DNA of 64,000 bases from Phycisphaeraceae bacterium (lineage in GTDB: Bacteria > Planctomycetota > Phycisphaerae > Phycisphaerales > Phycisphaeraceae). The notes beneath the pieces are model-generated. The model saw nothing but the letters and a program-made list of their open reading frames with translations, had not been told where the DNA came from and searched no databases. The translations under genes were made by a program, and so were the position numbers. Position 1 is the first letter of the stretch, and each line of letters opens with the position of its first letter. The stretch covers positions 736,001 to 800,000 of the forward strand of contig OY771506.1 of the NCBI GenBank assembly GCA_963674705.1. Reading direction: 5' to 3'. Below, piece after piece: positions 32,970 through 41,802 of the stretch.

Positions 32970-34448
32970 ATGAGAGTCAAATTCATTCTTCCGGCGTTGA
33001 CTGAAGCAAAGAGTCCCTACTGGCGACCGATCAAGTATTCGCTGTTCCCGCCGCTCGGGATGGCAACGCTTGCGGCGTATCTAAAGCCGAACGATGAAGC
33101 GGTGATCGTCGATGAGCATGTTGAAACGCTGCACACTGATGATGAGCCGGACCTGGTCGTTATCCAGGTTTACATCACCAATGCCTATCGCTCATATGCG
33201 ATCGCTGATGCGTACCGGGAGCGTGGCGTTTTCGTTGCGCTGGGTGGGTTGCATGTCACCGCGCTGCCGGATGAAGCGGTGCTGCATGCGGATGCGATCT
33301 TTACGGGGCCGGGCGAGGATACGTTCCCGAGGTTTCTCGAAGACTTTAGACATAAAAGACCGGGCAAGTGTTACGCGTCGCCGAAGCGCACACTCGTCGG
33401 CATCCCGCCGATCCGCCGGGACCTGATCCGACGCAATCTTTACCTCGTGCCGAACTCCATCGTCGTGACGCGCGGCTGCCCGCATCACTGCGACTTCTGC
33501 TACAAGGATGCGTTCTTTAAAGGCGGCAAGTCGTTTTACACGCAGGATGTCGATGATGCGCTGGCGGAGATCGATCGCCTGCCGGGTCGGCATCTATATT
33601 TTCTTGACGATCATCTGCTTGGCCATACGGGGTTCGCCTCGACGTTATTCGAGGGGATGCGCGGGATGGGCAGGATATTCCAAGGGGCGGCGACGATTGA
33701 TTCGATCCTGCGCGGGAGCCTGATTGAACAGGCGGCGCAGGCCGGGCTGCGCAGTTTGTTTGTCGGCTTCGAAACGCTGAGCGAAGACAACCTTTCATCA
33801 AGCAACAAGAAACAGAACCTGGGGCGCGACTACCGAGAGGCGATCCGTCGGCTGGATGATCTTGGGATCATGATCAACGGCAGCTTTGTCTTTGGCATGG
33901 ATCACGACGGGCCGGATGTCTTTAAACGCACCGTTGACTGGGCGATCTCGCAGGGCATCACCACCGCGACCTTCCACATCCAGACGCCCTATCCCGGCAC
34001 GGCTTTGCACGATCGCATGCTCGCAGAAAAGCGTATCATCACCAACAACTGGGACCTGTACGACACCCGCCATGTCGTCTACCGCACGGTCGGTATGTCG
34101 GGCGCAGAGCTTAAGGCGGGTTACGACTGGGCATACAAAGCGTTCTATACCTGGCGATCGATCGCCGCGGCGAGCCTGAACCACGGCACGGCCAAGCATC
34201 GCGCAAAACACTTTGCCTACGCAGGGGCATGGAAGAAACTTGAACCCATGTGGAACTTCGCGATCAAATCCAAGGCATTGCCGCTTGCCAGGCCCTTGCT
34301 GGAAGCCGTGCTGTCACGCGTCAAACAGCAGAACCGGCAGCGGCGAACACGCTCAACACAAGATATTAATCTCCTGAACACGACACCGGTGACAGTATCC
34401 GCCCTGTCGAAGAAGCTGCGGGCAGGCGCGCAATCTTCATCGCAGTAA
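32970..34448 (+). CDS. Cobalamin-binding radical SAM protein
   Basis: PPLG, GGLHVT (B12 domain), TRGCPHHCDFC, GFET, TPYPGT. Confidence 0.92.
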   Translation: MRVKFILPALTEAKSPYWRPIKYSLFPPLGMATLAAYLKPNDEAVIVDEHVETLHTDDEPDLVVIQVYITNAYRSYAIADAYRERGVFVALGGLHVTALPDEAVLHADAIFTGPGEDTFPRFLEDFRHKRPGKCYASPKRTLVGIPPIRRDLIRRNLYLVPNSIVVTRGCPHHCDFCYKDAFFKGGKSFYTQDVDDALAEIDRLPGRHLYFLDDHLLGHTGFASTLFEGMRGMGRIFQGAATIDSILRGSLIEQAAQAGLRSLFVGFETLSEDNLSSSNKKQNLGRDYREAIRRLDDLGIMINGSFVFGMDHDGPDVFKRTVDWAISQGITTATFHIQTPYPGTALHDRMLAEKRIITNNWDLYDTRHVVYRTVGMSGAELKAGYDWAYKAFYTWRSIAAASLNHGTAKHRAKHFAYAGAWKKLEPMWNFAIKSKALPLARPLLEAVLSRVKQQNRQRRTRSTQDINLLNTTPVTVSALSKKLRAGAQSSSQ

Positions 34449-34493
34449 TGGCAGGATTCATAAAACCTGAATACAACCGGCTACACTATTGCC

Positions 34494-35138
34494 ATGCAAC
34501 TTATCTCGATCAATACTGGGCGGGTACGCGACCACCTCATGGACGGCAAGCTGGTGCGCAGCGGGATTGTCAAGCAACCCGCACAAGGCCCCGTCATGAT
34601 GAATCGCGACGGGCTTGAAAGTGATGAGATCGCGAACACGAAACATCACGGCGGGCCGGACCAGGCGGTCTACGCTTATGCGGCTGAGCACTACGACACG
34701 TGGGCGAAGGAGCTGGATCGCGATGATCTGTCGTTCGGGCAGTTCGGCGAGAACCTGACCATCAGCGGCTTCTTTGAAGAGAATATATGCATCGGTGACA
34801 CGTTCCGTATCGGCAAAACCGTCGTGCGTGCGACGGGCCCGAGGATTCCCTGCAGCAAGTTGGACTGGTGCGTCGGTGACAAAACTACATCAAAGAAGAT
34901 GACGGACAGCCGGCGCTTCGGCATCTACCTGCGCGTCATCGAGCCCGGCATCATCAACGCGGGCAATGAAGTTGAGTTGATCGATAAAGGCGCATCCAAC
35001 CTTGGGCTGATTGCGTTGGCAGAGTTATTCCTGTTTCGGACGAAGGATATCGAGGCGATGCGTTCGGCGCTACAAGTAAAAGAGCTGGGTGAGCGCGTGC
35101 GTGCCAGGTTTGAAGAGCGCATCGCGGCCGCAGGTTGA
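34494..35138 (+). CDS. MOSC domain protein (YiiM-like)
   Basis: HHGGPDQAVY, FGENLT, GPRIPCSKL, GIYLRVIEPG. Confidence 0.9.
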   Translation: MQLISINTGRVRDHLMDGKLVRSGIVKQPAQGPVMMNRDGLESDEIANTKHHGGPDQAVYAYAAEHYDTWAKELDRDDLSFGQFGENLTISGFFEENICIGDTFRIGKTVVRATGPRIPCSKLDWCVGDKTTSKKMTDSRRFGIYLRVIEPGIINAGNEVELIDKGASNLGLIALAELFLFRTKDIEAMRSALQVKELGERVRARFEERIAAAG

Positions 35139-35139
35139 A

Positions 35140-36054
35140 TCAGGGGTCCTGCCCTTCATCGATATCGCACGATGTGTTGAGTCTTAGGTAGTGGGGATAA
35201 ATCTCGGGTAGAACCTGTGGGCCGATGTAGTCCGGCAGGTTCATATAGATACCGCGGATCACGTGAGCCAGTTCGTTGCCCTGCTCTTCGAGGGCTTTTA
35301 ACGATGCGTCGGCCGTATCGTTTTCGTAATAGGTGTAATAAATCCCCATGAACGCATACGGGCGGAAGTCGTAGATATGTTTGGTGTTAACCAGGTAGAC
35401 ATCGTCTCTCAGGATCGGGTTGATGTAGCTGTGGACACCACGGTGCTCCTGCTCCATCCAATACACGAAGGTCCAGTCACCGTCGATGACGGTGTGTTGA
35501 TGTTTAACAGGCCCGGCAAATTGCTTGTAGAGCGGTATGTTGGTCACGTGCTCGGTCGAGAGTTCGATCCGCCACCACGCGGGGGTGTGTTCGTGCAGAT
35601 CGCGCACGTACTGTTCGACATCGGACGGGTTGTAGCCGTCAACGGGATACGCTTGCGCTTCTTCATAGGTCTGATTTGCGATCAGATCGACCAACTCATC
35701 GACTTCCACCCGTCCCGCACGATCGGCGACATCCAGTTCATCCGCATTGTCGGCAAAGAACATCTCGTTGAGCAGCCCACCCGAGCCGAAGTCGGCCCGC
35801 CGGTGTTTGTTGAACTCCACGCCGGGTGCGGGCGCGTACTGCGCCTGTCGCCAGGCCTCGTATCGATCCGTCACGCTCGACCGCTGTAAACGCGTCATCG
35901 CCAGGCCGAAGAAAAACAGCAGCGCCAGGACGATGAAAATCAACGGCAAGACAAGCACGGTCTCCGTCATCGCCGAACCGCGGTAGCGCGGAGATATCAG
36001 CGTTGAGCGTGTGCTTTGCTGATCTTGATTGAATGCCTTCATCATGCTTCTCAT
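35140..36054 (-). CDS. TadE-like pilin-type protein
   Basis: RG^SAMTE prepilin-like motif followed by hydrophobic TVLVLPLIFIVLALLFFFG. Confidence 0.7.
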   Translation of the reverse strand: MRSMMKAFNQDQQSTRSTLISPRYRGSAMTETVLVLPLIFIVLALLFFFGLAMTRLQRSSVTDRYEAWRQAQYAPAPGVEFNKHRRADFGSGGLLNEMFFADNADELDVADRAGRVEVDELVDLIANQTYEEAQAYPVDGYNPSDVEQYVRDLHEHTPAWWRIELSTEHVTNIPLYKQFAGPVKHQHTVIDGDWTFVYWMEQEHRGVHSYINPILRDDVYLVNTKHIYDFRPYAFMGIYYTYYENDTADASLKALEEQGNELAHVIRGIYMNLPDYIGPQVLPEIYPHYLRLNTSCDIDEGQDP

Positions 36055-36082
36055 GGCTTCTGTGATCTCAATAGTTCAATCC

Positions 36083-38143
36083 TCAATGGTTCAGCATCAC
36101 CGGTGCTAATGGTTCAACGATACGCAGGTTCTCCGCCATTTCGCTGATCACCTGCGATTCCAGGTCCGACGATATGTTCGGCCCGATGTTCACCGCATCT
36201 TCAGCCTTTTGCACCCAATCGTCGAAGTGGTCCACATCCACCGGCTCGAGGTTTGCCTGCCAGGATTGCGTCCACAAGTCCCACGAGTGGTTGTTGAAGA
36301 CGTATGCCTGCGCGATGGCGGTGTTGTAGGGGTAAGGCTTATCGCCTTGGAAGCGCGTGGGCCAGAACTTGGGACTATTCGACTGCCTTGCTACGCCGAG
36401 GAACGTGAGATACTCCAGACTGGCGCCGTAGTTATTCGGGGGTAATAGCTGATGGTCGATGTCGATCGGCGCGGGCGCATCATCCGCATTCTTGTCAAAA
36501 CCTTCCCAGGGATTGGTTACTTCGATCTGCTCGCCGACGTTGACGCCCACGAGCATGTAGTCGACCTGCCAATACACTTCCTGGGCCACATAGACCCGGG
36601 TACCATCACTACTCGTGCTCAGCTTGGGAGCCAGACCGATGGAAGGATCGCCGCCAAGGTCCGGCCCTTCGGGGTCTGTCTCGTAAACCGCGGACATCCG
36701 CCAGATGTGGTCATCGACTTTCTTCCACGTGGGCCCACTGACAATGCTTGCTGGGTCAACCGAATAAGGAGGGTGCGTAGAAGCATCGGGAACAGCAGAG
36801 CCACCACGGAAATCCACGCGCGGAGAGCGTCGGTAAGGAATGTCGACATAGTCCCAGGTAATCCCCTGCCGCTGCGGCAATCCCGGATCATCCTTGATAC
36901 GGCTCTTGATCTCCACGATGACGTACATCACCTCGGCGATCTCCGTGGAGTCATACTTTCGAGCATATTCGCTGTTGCGATCGGACGACCGTTCGTCATC
37001 GTAGTCGATGTCGATTTCCCACTTGGTGTCTTGAACTGTTCGGCTTGTGAGATCAGACCAGAGGTAACTCGATTTGCATGAGTAGATGTTACCCAAGTGG
37101 TCGCGAAGCCGACTGAATTCCCGCCGCGGTACGGTACGCCAGAGCATCACATGCTCCGGACCAAAGACACGGTATTCCTCGGGCTCCCTTCCCAACCTTG
37201 CTCGTCCCATCTGCGGTGGTAAACGGCTGGTCGTCGGAATACTGCCCGGGTCTTCATCGATCCGGTCCGTGGTGCGCCAACCGAACAGCGCATCCCATGG
37301 CCCGCGGATGGTTTCCTCGTTATCGATCTGTCCGAATCCGATCCCGGTACCATCATAATTCAGCCGTCGATCCGAACCGGGGAGCAGGCCGAACCTCATG
37401 GGCCGTTCGTAATCCGCAAACTTGCCGCGTTGCCAGGGAATGTATGGCGCAGCGGGCAGAAGCAGCCCGGCGGTGGCTTCGCCTTGCTGCCCCAGATTCG
37501 CCTGCACCGATTGGATGGCTGCGGTTTGTGCTGCTTCTGCCAGCGTCGACATCACCGCCTGGCTGTGTGCGTCCATCGAACGCATCGCCTGATGCATCTT
37601 GCCCATATTTCCGGATGGCGCCTGGTAGTGCGTCATTTCGGGGATCAGGTTCGGCTGGTTGCGGAATAGTTCATCCAGCTCGCGCATGTACTGCCGTTCT
37701 GCGATGACGCTGTCAGAATTACTCTCATCGATCATTTCACGCAGCTTGCGTGCGAACCAGACGTCCGTCACCCCCGCGCGGAGCTGACCGCTGACCGCCT
37801 GCGCCAGCGCATCAACATCACCGAGCTCAGACTCGGTCTCGTCGGTGATCGACAGGTCCACCGCCAGAGGCACGCCATCGAGATAACTGACCGCGGCGAT
37901 CAGCCGGGCCGTCTCGACGTTGTTCATCGCGACCGTGTTCATGCTGCGCGCCACCTGGCTGGCGCCGCCGATCGCCGCCGAATCCGCGGCGTGCTGGGTG
38001 ACGACACGGCTTTGCACGCTCGTGCCGACGTTGAAGACGTAGAAGAGCAGCGACGCGATCAGGATGATCGCCAGGAGTGTGATTACCATCACCACGCCCC
38101 CGCTGCGCACGCGAGACGGTGCTAAATTCAGGGCGTTATCCAT
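36083..38143 (-). CDS. TadG-like protein (N-terminal Tad domain) with large unrecognised C-terminal region
   Basis: RSGGVVMVITLLAIILI...VTQHAADSAAIGGA Tad signature. Confidence 0.75.
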   Translation of the reverse strand: MDNALNLAPSRVRSGGVVMVITLLAIILIASLLFYVFNVGTSVQSRVVTQHAADSAAIGGASQVARSMNTVAMNNVETARLIAAVSYLDGVPLAVDLSITDETESELGDVDALAQAVSGQLRAGVTDVWFARKLREMIDESNSDSVIAERQYMRELDELFRNQPNLIPEMTHYQAPSGNMGKMHQAMRSMDAHSQAVMSTLAEAAQTAAIQSVQANLGQQGEATAGLLLPAAPYIPWQRGKFADYERPMRFGLLPGSDRRLNYDGTGIGFGQIDNEETIRGPWDALFGWRTTDRIDEDPGSIPTTSRLPPQMGRARLGREPEEYRVFGPEHVMLWRTVPRREFSRLRDHLGNIYSCKSSYLWSDLTSRTVQDTKWEIDIDYDDERSSDRNSEYARKYDSTEIAEVMYVIVEIKSRIKDDPGLPQRQGITWDYVDIPYRRSPRVDFRGGSAVPDASTHPPYSVDPASIVSGPTWKKVDDHIWRMSAVYETDPEGPDLGGDPSIGLAPKLSTSSDGTRVYVAQEVYWQVDYMLVGVNVGEQIEVTNPWEGFDKNADDAPAPIDIDHQLLPPNNYGASLEYLTFLGVARQSNSPKFWPTRFQGDKPYPYNTAIAQAYVFNNHSWDLWTQSWQANLEPVDVDHFDDWVQKAEDAVNIGPNISSDLESQVISEMAENLRIVEPLAPVMLNH

Positions 38144-40730
38144 CCTCGCCTCCCTCTCTGTCCTTACTTTCGGCCAAACCCTTGGTGACCTGCTCTCGCA
38201 ATGCAGTCAATTCATCGGTAACCCGGATCTTCGCCGCGGTTGACAATATCCCACGCGCGCTTGGCCATTGTTCGTTGGCGATATACCCACGGGCCTGGGC
38301 GAGCAGATGATTGAACTCGGTGTCGTCCAGCCTCTGCTCGATCTCTTCGGTTTTCATCACATCGCGGGCGCTGCGAAACGCCTGCTTGGCCTGGGCGTAT
38401 CGGCCTTGCTCGGCATAGCCGTCGCCCTGCTTGAGAAGCTCGCGGTAACGCACGTGGCGGGCGTGGCGTTCCATCGCTTCGGCGACCGCCGGGCTGTCCG
38501 GCTGCAATTCCTTCGCTTCGTCCAGCACTTCGCCGGCCCGTTCGAGTTGACCTTGTGCTATCAACTGCTCGGCCTGCGCCAATGCCGCCCCGGCCTCAAC
38601 ACGATTCAGCGCCGACTGGACTTGCTCATCAGGCCCGCTCTGTAACGCGGCGCGGTAGTGGCTGGCCGCTTGCAAAAGATCGCCGGAGGCTTCTGCTCGT
38701 TTACCGGCCTCGATATACGAACGCTTTTCGATTGTCACGTTCATGCGCGCAAGCCAACCGCGAGCCTCGGCGTTATTCGGATCAAACGCCAATGCATTGG
38801 TGAACGCCGCCTGGGCCCCCGCTTCATCGCCGGATTCGACCAACGCTCGCCCTTTTGTCATCGCCGCCTTCGACTTGAGTATCTGAATGCGTGACGAAAG
38901 TGAGTCGTCTTCCATGAGCGCAATCGCCTCTTCGAATGACTGGATCGCCTTGTCGTAATCCGCGCTGCGCTCCGCCGATTCACCGCCGGCCACCAGTTCA
39001 CGGAAAGACTTCAGCACCGTCAGCGACTCGATCTTCTCGTCGATGCGCGGATTTTGCAGACGCCGTTTCACGCCGGACAGGTGGTTGATCGCGCCGGACA
39101 CGTTGTTTTGTTCGACCATTTCATCTGCAGTTGCCAACGCCTCATCAACCTGTTCGCGTTCAAGCTCCGCATCGATCCGAACCTGGAAGTCCAGAAGCGC
39201 CTTGGATTCATTTTCCGTCAGTTCGTTGCGCTGTGCTTCCTTGATAACGTTGCGTGCCTGTGCAAATTCCCCGGCTTCAAGATGGGTCTGCACCTCGGCA
39301 ACCGTATTGTCAAACGCCTGGCGTCGATCGACCTCATCGCTTAACGCTTTGACGGCTTCACGGCTGGCGGGGCCCGCCTCGGCCAGCATTTCGAGGTCCG
39401 TGGTCAGGCTGCGCGCTTCGTCGTACCGGTTTTCCGACAGCGCGATCTGCGCCTTGGCAATCAGTGCGCCGACTTTGCCGTGTAAAGCAAGCTCATCCCC
39501 CGGCTCGGGCCAGGCAGTAGCCTGTGCTTCATACAGTGAGATCGCATCCGCGAAGCGCCCGGCCCTGTAGGCGACGTCCGCATCTGCAAGCGATGACGCC
39601 GCGAGCGAACGCTTGTGTTCGTATGCGTTCTTGTTGATCGTGCTGACGGTAAACCACACGCCAAGTGAGAGCACAACCACGACCGCGGCCGCGATCCCGA
39701 TGACCATCGGTTTCTTGCTGGGCTGCGGCAGTTCGGTCGTATCGCCCGGGCCGGTCGCTTTGATTTGTGCGCCGGAAGGTGTGAATGCATCGGGGGAGGC
39801 TTCTGCTTTGACGATGGCGTCCTGCCCGAAGTGGCGCTGGATGGCTTCAAGCAACTGCTCGCCCGATGCGATACGCTTGCTGCGGTCTTTGGCCATCATC
39901 CTGGAAATCAGGTCGCTTAAACGCACGGGTACGCGGGGATTCAGTTCGTGCAGGTGCGGCGCCTGGACGCGCGCGTTGGTGTGCCACTTCATCCAGCGCA
40001 TCGCAGAGTTGCGCTTATCGCCGATCACTGCATTGAATACATGCTCGAACGCACCACGCCCGGCAAGCATCTCGTAGGCGATGATCCCAAGCGCGTAGAT
40101 GTCCGACCGTGCATCCCCCGCCACGCCGTGGAATAATTCCGGCGCCATGTACCGGGCCGCGTCCGGGCTAAGCGCCTCTTGCTCGGCGATCAAACCCGTG
40201 ACACCCGCATCAACGACCTGAACACCGCCGCTCAAGCGCAGCACAATGTTGCTCGGTCGCAAGCCGCCGTGGATCATCCCGAGCTTGTGCAGTTGGCTTA
40301 GCACCTTGGCGGTGCTGTGTACGATCCGCAGGCCGCGCACAAGATCGAACGGGTCGGGCCGGCTGTTCAAAAGCTGTTCGATACTCGCGCCGCCGGCATA
40401 ATCGGACACCAGGAACGCCCCGCGGGGATCGTCGATCAATTCCTTCAAGAGCACGACCCGCCGCCCGGACTCACCGAGTTTGCCCTGCTTGTCGATTTCT
40501 TTCTGGCAACGCTCTAAAAACGAACGCTCACGCGACATCGGCGAACCCGGGATCAACTCGCGCACCATCGCGTCAGCACCCGTTTGCGTATGCTGTGCTC
40601 GCCAGACAACGCACGTCTCAGCCGCACTGAGCAGACTGACGATCTGGTAAGACCCCACGGTATCGCCGACCTTCAGGACCGGTTGCACGTCGGAGGCAGC
40701 ATCTTGTGGTATTTCGTTGGCGTCTGTCAT
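38136..40730 (-). CDS. Membrane Ser/Thr kinase-like protein (probable pseudokinase) with extracytoplasmic TPR repeats
   Basis: YMAPE and SDIYALG retained; HGGLRPSN replaces HRDLKPxN. One TM helix, then TPR-like helical repeats. Confidence 0.85.
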   Translation of the reverse strand: MTDANEIPQDAASDVQPVLKVGDTVGSYQIVSLLSAAETCVVWRAQHTQTGADAMVRELIPGSPMSRERSFLERCQKEIDKQGKLGESGRRVVLLKELIDDPRGAFLVSDYAGGASIEQLLNSRPDPFDLVRGLRIVHSTAKVLSQLHKLGMIHGGLRPSNIVLRLSGGVQVVDAGVTGLIAEQEALSPDAARYMAPELFHGVAGDARSDIYALGIIAYEMLAGRGAFEHVFNAVIGDKRNSAMRWMKWHTNARVQAPHLHELNPRVPVRLSDLISRMMAKDRSKRIASGEQLLEAIQRHFGQDAIVKAEASPDAFTPSGAQIKATGPGDTTELPQPSKKPMVIGIAAAVVVVLSLGVWFTVSTINKNAYEHKRSLAASSLADADVAYRAGRFADAISLYEAQATAWPEPGDELALHGKVGALIAKAQIALSENRYDEARSLTTDLEMLAEAGPASREAVKALSDEVDRRQAFDNTVAEVQTHLEAGEFAQARNVIKEAQRNELTENESKALLDFQVRIDAELEREQVDEALATADEMVEQNNVSGAINHLSGVKRRLQNPRIDEKIESLTVLKSFRELVAGGESAERSADYDKAIQSFEEAIALMEDDSLSSRIQILKSKAAMTKGRALVESGDEAGAQAAFTNALAFDPNNAEARGWLARMNVTIEKRSYIEAGKRAEASGDLLQAASHYRAALQSGPDEQVQSALNRVEAGAALAQAEQLIAQGQLERAGEVLDEAKELQPDSPAVAEAMERHARHVRYRELLKQGDGYAEQGRYAQAKQAFRSARDVMKTEEIEQRLDDTEFNHLLAQARGYIANEQWPSARGILSTAAKIRVTDELTALREQVTKGLAESKDREGGEDG

Positions 40731-40754
40731 GTGGCTCGGTCGTTCACTCTTCCG

Positions 40755-41570
40755 TTAGTTATGAGGTATGCGCGGCAGCGAGGGCGGATCGGGCAATTCG
40801 GGGTCGAGCCCTTCGTTGGTCAACGTGTAATGCGCGGTGACCAGCGCGTATCGTCCACGGCCGTCGGTATGTTCGCCATCCGCGAATAATGCCCCCACAT
40901 AGGGGACGGATAAATTAAACCGGTGTTCAACACGGACCGTGATCGGATCACGCGGACCAAAGACGTGCCCTTCCGATCCGATGTCGTAGAACTCGACCGC
41001 CCCGTCGTCGTCATCGACTTCCACGATGTAGACATCGGTGTTGTCAGCCGCGTAATGCAACCGCTCTGCTGCCAGTGTCTCGACCCATCTTGGCGTATCC
41101 TGCCCATAGTCAGAGAAGTAGCTTTCAAGCCCGGCCACGTATGCCTCGGGGTCCACATCTTCATTGCTATCCGTCCGCTTGCCGCAGACCGGTGCGACCG
41201 CCAGGTACGCCGCGGAGCGGATCGCGTCGAACTTAGTCCGGCCCTTCACAGGCATGATCGCGTTGCGGCCCTCTTCGCCAAGGTCGGAATAATCCTGCGA
41301 GATATAGACGATCGCCGAACGTGTCGCCGCGAATGCGGAATAATGCACGTACTGGTTGCCCACCATCAGCAGCGTCGACTGAAGCAGGATGAGCACGAGG
41401 AACAGGACGATCGGCAGGACCATGCAGAACTCGATCGTGGCGGTGCCTGATTCGGGGCGCAACAGGGCGCGGTAAAGGCGCTTCGCGATCGAACCGGTGA
41501 GGGCCGATGCGATAAAACCACCCCTTGCGGGCGGGCCCATGATTACTTGGCCGTCAGCTTGGCTGGGCAT
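40755..41570 (-). CDS. TadE-like pilin-type protein
   Basis: SG^TATIEFCMVLPIVLFLVLILLQ...YSAFAATRSA; AAGGAG RBS before the ATG at 41570. Confidence 0.8.
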   Translation of the reverse strand: MPSQADGQVIMGPPARGGFIASALTGSIAKRLYRALLRPESGTATIEFCMVLPIVLFLVLILLQSTLLMVGNQYVHYSAFAATRSAIVYISQDYSDLGEEGRNAIMPVKGRTKFDAIRSAAYLAVAPVCGKRTDSNEDVDPEAYVAGLESYFSDYGQDTPRWVETLAAERLHYAADNTDVYIVEVDDDDGAVEFYDIGSEGHVFGPRDPITVRVEHRFNLSVPYVGALFADGEHTDGRGRYALVTAHYTLTNEGLDPELPDPPSLPRIPHN

Positions 41571-41802
41571 CGTCTCCTTTCGGTCCCCAGGACTGGCCCC
41601 GGCACACCCCAATCAACCCCGGAACGCGGTTGCCTATTCTACCCGATGCCCCCCGGGTGGACGATCGTAAAACGCACGAAACGGGACCGGATTTCAGCCC
41701 TGAGAGGCGGTCAGGGCTAAAAATCGTATCTTGTATCTTGAGTGAACCATGATCTAACCGTAAATTGAGGTGTTTGGCTTGGACATCTCGTGAGACTTTC
41801 AT

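Noticed and set aside
34494..35138. MOSC gene as part of the xanthine dehydrogenase locus
   Set aside because: Separated from it by the 6.4-kb Tad-like operon; YiiM-type MOSC proteins are not the XDH sulfuration factor.
41690..41802. Purine riboswitch upstream of ade
   Set aside because: Only a simple hairpin (AGCCCTGA/TCAGGGCT) is visible; the conserved purine riboswitch core is absent.
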